Origin: Patescibacteria group bacterium
GTDB taxonomy: Bacteria > Patescibacteriota > Minisyncoccia > Moranbacterales > UBA2206
Direction: 5' to 3'
Length of the DNA: 41,418 nucleotides
Assembly (NCBI GenBank): GCA_038063775.1
Contig: JBBTUK010000009.1
Location: 21,379 to 62,796 of the forward strand
The position numbers and the translations under genes were made by a program. The notes below the pieces were generated by a model. It did no database searches. It saw only the letters and a list, made by a program, of their open reading frames with translations, and was not told the origin of the DNA. Shown here in pieces: positions 8,308 to 15,417 of this stretch. Position 1 is the first letter of the stretch. Each line of letters starts with the position of its first letter.

Positions 8308-9120
8308 TTACTTGCCCAATATTACCACAACATCCGCACTTTGCTGTTCAGCGGTCAGCGCTTCCTTAACTTCGGCCTTTATTTTACCGGCAGCTAAAAT
8401 TTCCTTCAGTGCTTCGGCCGGCTTTTTGAATTGTTCGCCTTTATAATAAACAGTTGCACCGATTACATTTTCTCCTTGCCCGTTGCCCGCCTCAGTTTTG
8501 ACATACCCCTGTCCGGCTAACAAGGTCTTGATTCTGCCGGCGCTGCCCGCCGCCGCTCCCGCGTTCAAAACTTTCACGCCTAGAGCCGCCGGCGCGACTT
8601 CCGCTATTTGATTGTTTTCGATGGTATTTTTTTCTTCGGCAGAATTGTCCGAAGCAGCTTCCTGATTGACCGGAATAACGACCTCGTTTTCCTTTTCACC
8701 GGCCGGATTGGCCGCTGGTTTTTTTAGCCGCCAGAGATATCCGCCACCAATGAGCGCGCCTAGAACAATCAAACTCAAAACTGCGAAAAATATTTTTTTA
8801 CCGAGAGAGGTTTTTCCTTCCACATATTCCAGCTGGCTGTTCGCCGGTTTTTCTTCCTCCGTTTTTTTCCTGCCCAAGCTGGCAATAAAAGTCTCTTGCT
8901 TTTTTATTTTATCCTTGTATATTTCTTCCTTCTTCACCTTTTCAACTTTTATAGTTTTCCTTTCACCGGGAAGCACTATGTCTTCGATTATCCTCTCTCC
9001 TTGATAAAATTCCTTGCTTCCGATTTTTTCCATCGGAACCGGTTCCCAATTTTCTTCAGAGCCTTTTGTTTCTTCGCCCATATTCTCCTTTTTGATATCA
9101 ATATTATTTTTACTTGCCAT
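8308..9120 (-). CDS. membrane-anchored LytR_C (LytR/CpsA/Psr C-terminal) domain protein
   Basis: 270 aa with a K/E-rich N-terminus, one TM helix (IFFAVLSLIVLGALIGGGYLW) and a C-terminal VKVLNAGAAAGSAGRIKTLLAGQGY...ADVVVILGK. It is a paralog of the C-terminal half of the 11282-13465 product. Confidence 0.75.
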   Translation of the reverse strand: MASKNNIDIKKENMGEETKGSEENWEPVPMEKIGSKEFYQGERIIEDIVLPGERKTIKVEKVKKEEIYKDKIKKQETFIASLGRKKTEEEKPANSQLEYVEGKTSLGKKIFFAVLSLIVLGALIGGGYLWRLKKPAANPAGEKENEVVIPVNQEAASDNSAEEKNTIENNQIAEVAPAALGVKVLNAGAAAGSAGRIKTLLAGQGYVKTEAGNGQGENVIGATVYYKGEQFKKPAEALKEILAAGKIKAEVKEALTAEQQSADVVVILGK

Positions 9121-9188
9121 TTTTTTGTTTTAGCTTAATTGCATTCAGTATACAATTTACTGCGCAATTTGCCAAAGCATGTACAAAA

Positions 9189-9257
9189 ATGTTATTTTAT
9201 TTACATCAAAAAACTCAAAGAAGGCTCTTGATACTGCTCGTCGTAATAGAAGTTTAA
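9189..9257 (+). other. third relic copy of the rnj C-terminal tail (MLFYLHQKTQRRLLILLVVIEV stop)
   Basis: Compare rnj ...SFLYQKTQRRPMILPVVIEV stop. The match is 14 of the last 17 residues, with many synonymous DNA differences. It lies between two minus-strand genes. Confidence 0.7.
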
Positions 9258-9269
9258 AAAAATAAATTT

Positions 9270-9299
9270 AAAACCCGCCGCCGAAACGGGGTGGTTTTT
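9270..9299 (-). terminator. intrinsic terminator downstream of 9306-9608
   Basis: On the minus strand, aaaaaccaccccg-tttcggcgg-cgggtttt is followed by a T-rich run. Confidence 0.5.
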
Positions 9300-9305
9300 C
9301 ATCGG

Positions 9306-9608
9306 TCACTTTGACGCTTTAGTTATGACTTTGAGCATCACGTAACCTCCGGAGGCGAAGAAAAAGAGGGCGAAAACCCGGGAAGTATAGAAAATTTGAT
9401 TGGAAAAATCTAGTGAAATAATATTGAAATATTTATTTATTTGGACAAACGAGGCTACTAAGAGAACGAAGCCGCACAAGAAAAAAAATTTAAAAGCGGC
9501 ATCCAGCCCTTTTTCTGTGCGCAATACCAGCTTCACCATGACTACGTTGGCAAAAATGGCTATAGTCAAATTCAACAGATCAAAAAATAACTCAATTTTG
9601 CTCGGCAT
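9306..9608 (-). CDS. small hydrophobic membrane protein (about 3 TM), unknown function
   Basis: A 100-aa ORF co-directional with and closely spaced to the surface locus. I recognise no motif. Confidence 0.5.
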   Translation of the reverse strand: MPSKIELFFDLLNLTIAIFANVVMVKLVLRTEKGLDAAFKFFFLCGFVLLVASFVQINKYFNIISLDFSNQIFYTSRVFALFFFASGGYVMLKVITKASK

Positions 9609-9619
9609 ATATTTTTATT

Positions 9620-10849
9620 TTAATTGCTTATTAAAAATCCTTTTTCCCTCAAAACGTTTTCATCAATCGGCCGGTAAGACAAGAACCTCTTGTATTCCAA
9701 AATGACAATGAATATCATGGCGATGAAAAGCAGAAGTATGAAGGAGATATCAAAAATAACCGTCTTGGAGAATTTTTCCTCCGTTATTACGGTGCCGCCT
9801 ATTTGAATGACCGGCCGGTCAACCGTGTTGAATGTGACGGCTTGGACATATTTGTCCTGTCCGATTTGCGGGACTACTTTTAACAGATATTTTCCGGAAA
9901 TTACTCGGTTTTGCAGGTCAATCCTTTTGAGAAAAGAGCCTCCGTTGTCCAAAAGTATTTTATCTGAAAATTGGGAAATCAGTTTTTCCTCCTCTTTGCT
10001 CAAAGAACTGTTCCACTCATAGGCATACAGGCTGTAGTTTATTTTTGCTTCAGCCGGCGAGCCGCTCCCCAGGGGAGTAAAAATAAGCTGCATATCCAGC
10101 TTATCACCGGGATTGAATTCTTTTTTGTTCAGCAGAACTGCATTGAAAAGATAGGTATTTCCGGCCGTTTTTTCCATAAGTCGGTCCCCCAGATCGTTGT
10201 CGCCCGGTGATTCTTGATAGTATGATTCATTGAGGGATAGATTCGCCGGCCTGCCTATGTTTTTGTCCGCCTCCACGGTAAAATAATATTTCTGTGTGAA
10301 AACATCGCGTTTGCCTGAAATCTCAAAAGGTGAAAAATTATACGCCTCAATTGAATGCTCTCCGTTTTCCAGCGGTTGGCCGTAATTCGTCCAGGTCCAG
10401 TTTCCCCGACTGTCGCTAAAAGTTGATGAAAAAAATCCCTCGGAATGGATTTCCAAAAAAACTTCCGAATTCGGATAGAGAACGGTGCCGGAAAAAAATA
10501 TTATGGGACTTGTCAGACGATTGTTTCTTTTTTGCTTTTCAATTAACTTTTCTCTTTCCGCCTGCGCCGGATCCTGGATCGCGACAATGATTCTGTAATC
10601 TGAATTTTTTAGATCAGCCTCATCCGATTCCTCCTCTTCTTCTTCCGCCGGTTCGGTTTTTTCTATCGGATTAAAAGGCGTTATCTCCTGCCGGAATCTG
10701 ACTGTTTCCGCGGCATAAGCAAAACTAAGATGCTTGCCCAGAATGACATAAAACAAAACGAGGTGAATCAATATCATTGCCAAGAACCCGGATAAGATTA
10801 TGAGTTTTTTGACTGTTTTTTTTTGTTTGAGAAAATCTTTTTTGTCCAT
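9620..10849 (-). CDS. bitopic surface protein with N- and C-terminal TM helices and an Ig-like/beta-sandwich-like ectodomain
   Basis: 409 aa with an acidic linker EPAEEEEEESDE. Its start overlaps the upstream stop (TAATG at 10849), which suggests translational coupling. Confidence 0.6.
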   Translation of the reverse strand: MDKKDFLKQKKTVKKLIILSGFLAMILIHLVLFYVILGKHLSFAYAAETVRFRQEITPFNPIEKTEPAEEEEEESDEADLKNSDYRIIVAIQDPAQAEREKLIEKQKRNNRLTSPIIFFSGTVLYPNSEVFLEIHSEGFFSSTFSDSRGNWTWTNYGQPLENGEHSIEAYNFSPFEISGKRDVFTQKYYFTVEADKNIGRPANLSLNESYYQESPGDNDLGDRLMEKTAGNTYLFNAVLLNKKEFNPGDKLDMQLIFTPLGSGSPAEAKINYSLYAYEWNSSLSKEEEKLISQFSDKILLDNGGSFLKRIDLQNRVISGKYLLKVVPQIGQDKYVQAVTFNTVDRPVIQIGGTVITEEKFSKTVIFDISFILLLFIAMIFIVILEYKRFLSYRPIDENVLREKGFLISN

Positions 10850-11232
10850 TAGGTATAGGTTCTCACTTCTTCGAGAAGCCCGTTATTTTTTACGAAATCA
10901 ATAGTTAAACTTTTTTTGCTCGATATCTCGCCGGCGTTCAAACTGATAATTTTTTGGTAATCGCTGAAAATTTTGTCGCTGGCGCTGATTTCCGTTTTCA
11001 GCTTGGAATCAAAAAACTTTATCATATACTGGCCGTCAGTTTCCGTAATGTTGCTCCAAATATCTTTTATCTCCCTGCCCTGGTCCAGATAAACGAATCT
11101 CACAGGAAGGATGGCTTGGCTGAAATTAATATTTTGGGCTTGCGCTGCTTTAAACGTAAAGAGATTAATAATAAAAGCGGCCAGAACCGTCCCGCTTAAA
11201 ATAAGTTTTCTGCTTTTTAAGTTCACCCGCAT
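10849..11232 (-). CDS. small secreted protein, unknown function
   Basis: 127 aa with a signal-peptide-like N-terminus (LILSGTVLAAFIINLFTFKAAQAQ). Its stop overlaps the next gene's start. Confidence 0.55.
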   Translation of the reverse strand: MRVNLKSRKLILSGTVLAAFIINLFTFKAAQAQNINFSQAILPVRFVYLDQGREIKDIWSNITETDGQYMIKFFDSKLKTEISASDKIFSDYQKIISLNAGEISSKKSLTIDFVKNNGLLEEVRTYT

Positions 11233-11281
11233 TTTCAGCCTAAGGCTGATCCGCCTTGGGCGGATACCTTTTTAATTTTGA

Positions 11282-13465
11282 TTATTTTCCCAGCATTACC
11301 ACGACATCGGCGCTTTTTTGTTCCATGGTGGCCGCTTTCTTAACCAACGCGTCTATCTTTTGTCCGCTGATTACTTCTTTGATAGCTTCCGCCGTTTCTT
11401 TCAAGCTGTCATCCTTATAGTACACTGCCGCTCCCGAATGATCGCTGGCCAGAGCATTTTTGGCCTCTGCCTTAGAATATCCTCCGCTCACGAGAATATC
11501 TTTTATTTTTCCGGCCGCCCCTTCCGATGCTCCGCCATTTAGAACTATGAGGCTGATCTTCGCCTTTGTATCATTATTTCCAAGAGAGGCGTTCTGATCG
11601 GCAGTATTTTTCTCCTCTTCAGCGGCTTGATTTTTATTCGCATCCTCTGAATTATTGCCTATTGAAATGGGAGGAATTTTTTCCTGGATCACAATTTCTT
11701 CTTTTCCGTTTTTTCCCAAGAATGCCACGACTCCCCAGATCGCAATCGCCAAAAAAATTGCTCCCGGAATGATCCAGCCTAGTTTTTTCCAGAGAAAACT
11801 TTTCTCCTCAACTATTTCTTCTTTTTCCTCGGATACTTCCCTCCTGGCCAGCTTCGCGATAAATTCTTCCTTGCTCTTCTTTTTTTGGGCGGGCTCTTCG
11901 CCGGCCGGACCGGTTTTTTCGCCGTAAATTTCCTCTTTTTTCACCGGTTCGGCTTTGATTTTTTTGCCTTCATTTTCTATTTTTTCTTTTTCAATCACTT
12001 TTTGAACTGCTTCTTCAATCGGAGCCTCTTCGGCCGGTAAAATATCCTCTGGTTCTTTTTCTATTAATAAGTTCTCCACTTTTTTCTCCAGCATTGCTTC
12101 GTTAATCGGAGAAACGCCGTCCAGAGGCGGAATCAATATTGTCCGTCCCGTTTCTAAGGAATATGGGGCTTTTAACTTATTAACCTTCACTAAAACTTTC
12201 CAATTAACATTGTTCTGCAGGGCTAACCCCACAACGTCCTCGCCTTTTTGCACGGCATAAGGAACCCAGCCGATGCCGCCGTATTTCTTCTTATGATAAA
12301 GTCTCCAGGCCTCATATGCCGCAAAAGCCAACAAAAACAGAACGGATGCGATGGCCATCTCTCGCCAGGGAATGACCCATATTTTTATTTCGGGTCCGAC
12401 TACCGCCACTTCCTGACCGCCAGCATCTTCGTATTTCATTTCCGTCGCGAAAGAAAAACGGCCGAAACGGGGATTGTGCCAGGAATAGTTGGAAATGAAG
12501 CTGTCTTTTTTCAGCACCTGGAATTTCCGGCTTACATCCTCGCTTCTTTTTCCGAACAGCAAGTCTTTGACATGGATGATATTTTCCTGCTCAATGCTGA
12601 CATTGCCGTCATTTTTGACCGAAGATTGGACCAGATATTCCTGGGGCCTCTTCGGATCACCGAACCAGTCGGCAAAGCTGAACTCCTTGAAATTTTTGAT
12701 AACCTTAAAATCTCCCAGCGTCAGTTTTTTTATGATTTCTCCGGGCACCGTTTCATAGATTCGGACGCCCACCCGGGTCGTCAGTTTTATGGCTGAACCG
12801 GTTTCCGCCTTTTGCGTTTCCGGTTCCACTTTTTGGATTAGGACCCCTCCCGTGTGTTCGCCGACATCAACTTCCTTCGGAACCCTGATAACAAAAGGGA
12901 TGAACAGTTTTTCCTTGGACGCCATTTCTTTTTCCACTGATTCAACGCCGGCGCACCATTTTTCCAGCTCCTGAAATTGCGTTTCTTCGACTTTCGGCTT
13001 TATTTTTACTTTTTTATTTTGAACATCAAATTCGTCCTGAATCTCCTCCCGGCTCAAGCGGCAAACTTCCAATATTTTCTTGTCTTTCCTTTTAAAAAGT
13101 CCCTGGAAAAATTCCGGCAGCGGAGCGGGATAAAAGCTTACCCAGGAACCGACTTCCAGTTTTGGTTCGCTGAATTGCTTCAGGGCGAAACCGCCGCTGG
13201 AGCTCGGCGTCGTATCCGCCGCGTATATCAGAGCTTTCCAGGACTCCGAGAAAAGATTATTCACTTCCAGCAAGTCTTCCTTCGCTTCCCCTGGATTTAA
13301 TTTATAAATGAACCAGGAAGCGCTGTTTTCCACGTTCGGATCCGGATTGGCCGGTTTCCCGCCGAGCATTCCGTATTCAATGGCCCGGGCCTGGTCGGTT
13401 CCGGCCAGCGCGAATAAGGCTGATAGGCACAAAATCGTTAAAAAAACTTTTATTTTTATTTTCAT
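11282..13465 (-). CDS. DUF916/DUF3324-like cell-surface protein fused to LysM and LytR_C domains
   Basis: 727 aa, in order: a signal peptide; SWFIYKLNPGEAKEDLLEVNNL...YAADTTPSSSGGFALKQ (a DUF916-like pattern); TM1 at aa ~369-389 followed by HKKKY; a LysM-like segment YAVQKGEDVVGLALQNNVNWKVLVKVNKLKAPYSLETGRTILIP; an E/K-rich linker; TM2 at aa ~562-584; and LytR_C (ISLIVLNGGASEGAAGKIKDIL...ADVVVMLGK). Confidence 0.7.
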   Translation of the reverse strand: MKIKIKVFLTILCLSALFALAGTDQARAIEYGMLGGKPANPDPNVENSASWFIYKLNPGEAKEDLLEVNNLFSESWKALIYAADTTPSSSGGFALKQFSEPKLEVGSWVSFYPAPLPEFFQGLFKRKDKKILEVCRLSREEIQDEFDVQNKKVKIKPKVEETQFQELEKWCAGVESVEKEMASKEKLFIPFVIRVPKEVDVGEHTGGVLIQKVEPETQKAETGSAIKLTTRVGVRIYETVPGEIIKKLTLGDFKVIKNFKEFSFADWFGDPKRPQEYLVQSSVKNDGNVSIEQENIIHVKDLLFGKRSEDVSRKFQVLKKDSFISNYSWHNPRFGRFSFATEMKYEDAGGQEVAVVGPEIKIWVIPWREMAIASVLFLLAFAAYEAWRLYHKKKYGGIGWVPYAVQKGEDVVGLALQNNVNWKVLVKVNKLKAPYSLETGRTILIPPLDGVSPINEAMLEKKVENLLIEKEPEDILPAEEAPIEEAVQKVIEKEKIENEGKKIKAEPVKKEEIYGEKTGPAGEEPAQKKKSKEEFIAKLARREVSEEKEEIVEEKSFLWKKLGWIIPGAIFLAIAIWGVVAFLGKNGKEEIVIQEKIPPISIGNNSEDANKNQAAEEEKNTADQNASLGNNDTKAKISLIVLNGGASEGAAGKIKDILVSGGYSKAEAKNALASDHSGAAVYYKDDSLKETAEAIKEVISGQKIDALVKKAATMEQKSADVVVMLGK

Positions 13466-13492
13466 CTGTTTTATGTTTTTTTAATTTTCTAA

Positions 13493-13501
13493 ATTATACC
13501 A
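13493..13501 (-). promoter_or_regulatory. extended -10 element TGgTATAAT upstream of 11282-13465
   Basis: The minus strand reads ccggattgTGgTATAATttag, about 28 nt upstream of the ATG. Confidence 0.4.
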
Positions 13502-13520
13502 CAATCCGGCATAATAATAA

Positions 13521-13546
13521 AACTGATACGCTAATGCGTATCAGTT
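13521..13546 (-). terminator. intrinsic terminator after 13573-14223
   Basis: A perfect 11-bp stem aactgatacgc/gcgtatcagtt with loop taat, followed on the minus strand by ttttattatt. Confidence 0.65.
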
Positions 13547-13572
13547 ATTAAAATCAAAGTTTTTCAATTATT

Positions 13573-14223
13573 TTAGGTCGCTGTCAAAGTCATGTTTAAG
13601 GTGTAGCTTCCCGTGGTTTGGGCTCCCGGAATGGTTTGCGACAGGCTGGTGCCGGTCAGATCCCATTGTCCGGGCTTTGGAGCTCCGGCCGCGGCCGTCA
13701 TCAGATCAATGCTACTCACTGATCCTTCCACGAAAGCATCGCTTGTCCCCTTGGAAACATTGGTTGTAGCCGTTCCGCCGACGCCCGCGATGGTTCCCAC
13801 GCTCGGATCAATGGTCATTTGTCCGCCATAAGAATCCGTATCCACTCCATCCCCGGCGCTGGCCGTGGAATCGTTATAATCATAGTAATTTGTTCCATTG
13901 GACCAAGCGGCAGTCGCTCCGCTGGTAGCCGCGATATTGAGCGTCCAGGTATCGGTCGTCCCGCTGGGATTGGTAATGCGCATCCGTTCGCTGGAGGTGC
14001 CTAGCGTGGCCGCCGAGGCTTGATAAGTCATGGAAAAAGCCTTGGAGGGAAAAGCCACGCCAGGGCTAGTTACTGTATTTCCACTAGCGTCTACGATTTG
14101 CACATCCAGAGAGCCGGTTATGGATTGGGAAAATTCGGTCGTGTCGGAAGCTAGTGCCGCCAGAACTCCAGTCAGGACAGAAACCGCAAACACCAGCGAA
14201 ATAACAGTTATTAATTTACGCAT
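13573..14223 (-). CDS. secreted WxL-like module protein (paralog 1)
   Basis: 216 aa with a signal peptide, then GSLDVQIVDASGNTV..., TWTLNIAATSG, ...GQWDLTGTSLSQTIPGAQTTGSYTLNMTLTAT. The layout matches WxL-type surface domains: two W-x-L motifs and a C-terminal aG.Y...tlt segment. Confidence 0.65.
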   Translation of the reverse strand: MRKLITVISLVFAVSVLTGVLAALASDTTEFSQSITGSLDVQIVDASGNTVTSPGVAFPSKAFSMTYQASAATLGTSSERMRITNPSGTTDTWTLNIAATSGATAAWSNGTNYYDYNDSTASAGDGVDTDSYGGQMTIDPSVGTIAGVGGTATTNVSKGTSDAFVEGSVSSIDLMTAAAGAPKPGQWDLTGTSLSQTIPGAQTTGSYTLNMTLTAT

Positions 14224-14258
14224 GTTTGTTTTGTAATAATTAAATCGCCTGATTTTGC

Positions 14259-14930
14259 TTATGAAATAGACAGGACCATAGTTATGGAATAGCTGCCGGC
14301 CGCCTGGGAAGCAGGCAGTTTTTGGGTAATGTTGTCAGCCGCGCCGATGAAATCCCAGCGGCAGGTAGTGGCCGCGCCGGCCGCCGCCGACATGATGTCA
14401 ATGCTATTAGTCGTGCCTTCCACGAAAGAATCGCTAGTTCCCAAGGAAACATTGGTTGTAGCGCATCCGGAAACTCCGGTTATGGAACCCGTACTCGGAT
14501 TGACCGTCATCTGCCCGCCGTAAGAATCAGTGTCCGCTCCGTCCGTGTATCCCGAACCGTCATTGAAATCGTAATAAGCCGTCCCGGTTGTCCACGTGGC
14601 GGTTGTGGCGCTGGCGGCTAAATTAGCCGTCCAGATTGCTGTCGTTGTCGGATTGGAAGCCCGGACTCTTTCGGCCGAAGTGCCGAACTGCCCGGTGGCG
14701 TCCTGGGTGCTAAAACTGAAGGTTTTCGCTCCCAGGGAAATAGCCGGACTGGCTACTGTGGTGCCCGCCGCGTCCACGACATCAACGCTCAAAGAACCGG
14801 CGTTGATCGTCTGATTAAAAGTGGATGAGTTGCTGGCGAAGACTTGTATTCCGACCAAGAATACGAAGATCAGTGCCAGAACAAGCGATTTTTGGCCTAT
14901 TTTAGCCATTTTTCTGATTTTTGTTTTCAT
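14259..14930 (-). CDS. secreted WxL-like module protein (paralog 2)
   Basis: 223 aa: AGSLSVDVVDAAGTTV..., IWTANLAAS, ...CRWDFIGAADNITQKLPASQAAGSYSITMVLSIS. It aligns end to end with 13573-14223. Confidence 0.65.
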   Translation of the reverse strand: MKTKIRKMAKIGQKSLVLALIFVFLVGIQVFASNSSTFNQTINAGSLSVDVVDAAGTTVASPAISLGAKTFSFSTQDATGQFGTSAERVRASNPTTTAIWTANLAASATTATWTTGTAYYDFNDGSGYTDGADTDSYGGQMTVNPSTGSITGVSGCATTNVSLGTSDSFVEGTTNSIDIMSAAAGAATTCRWDFIGAADNITQKLPASQAAGSYSITMVLSIS

Positions 14931-15004
14931 ATTTTTGATGTAATTATTTAAAATTTGCTTTAAACAAAGCTTTTTTCGCTTTTAAGCCACTTCTTAGCTT
15001 TAGC

Positions 15005-15037
15005 AAAACAAAAAATGAATCCTCACCCCGAGAATTC
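15005..15037 (-). terminator. terminator-like hairpin inside the 5' leader of the WxL-like operon (candidate attenuator)
   Basis: The minus strand reads gaattctc-ggggt-gaggattc (8-bp stem) followed by attttttgtttt. It lies about 60 nt downstream of the predicted TSS and about 75 nt upstream of the 14930 ATG. Confidence 0.5.
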
Positions 15038-15102
15038 ACCCTAGATAGCCCCTTTATTGTCGTCTATGTCGTTTTATCCCCTTTTTAAGCTATTGTAATA
15101 CC

Positions 15103-15131
15103 ATTATACACGATATCAAGGATTGTGTCAA
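15103..15131 (-). promoter_or_regulatory. consensus sigma70 promoter TTGACA-N17-TATAAT
   Basis: The minus strand reads TTGACAcaatccttgatatcgtgTATAAT. The TTGA of the -35 box is the left flank repeat of the GIY-YIG element. Confidence 0.7.
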
Positions 15132-15417
15132 CCCCGCACTAACTTTCGTTCAAAGACTTTTTGATTCTTCTTCTTAATTGCGCCCAGGCTTGTCCAAATT
15201 GCTTTATTTGCTTTTCTCTTTCTTTTGCGTCCCACTCGGATAAATACGCTTCATAATACATGAGTTTCCAGATGTGTCCTTTTGTAGAAAAAGAATTTCC
15301 CTCATTGTGGTCAAAAAGTCTTTTCCGCAAGTTACTACTATATCCATAGTATAGCTCCTTGCGCTCATTTCTCAGGACATAAAAATAATGCATACAATAA
15401 CGAAAGTTAGTGCGGGG
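15132..15417 (-). mobile_element. 286-bp element with perfect 19-bp terminal inverted repeats carrying a GIY-YIG ORF, flanked by TCAA/TCAA
   Basis: The inverted repeat ccccgcactaactttcgtt (15132-15150) pairs with aacgaaagttagtgcgggg (15399-15417). The TCAA flanks are at 15128-15131 and 15418-15421. The ORF fills 255 of the 286 bp. Confidence 0.75.
15139..15393 (-). CDS. GIY-YIG nuclease family protein (single catalytic domain, COG2827/UPF0213-like)
   Basis: 84 aa: MHYFYVLRNERKELYYGYSSNLRKRLFDHNEG...YYEAYLSEWDAKEREKQIK, matching the GIY...YIG...R...H/N...E pattern. The stop and last four codons lie inside the inverted repeat. Confidence 0.85.
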   Translation of the reverse strand: MHYFYVLRNERKELYYGYSSNLRKRLFDHNEGNSFSTKGHIWKLMYYEAYLSEWDAKEREKQIKQFGQAWAQLRRRIKKSLNES

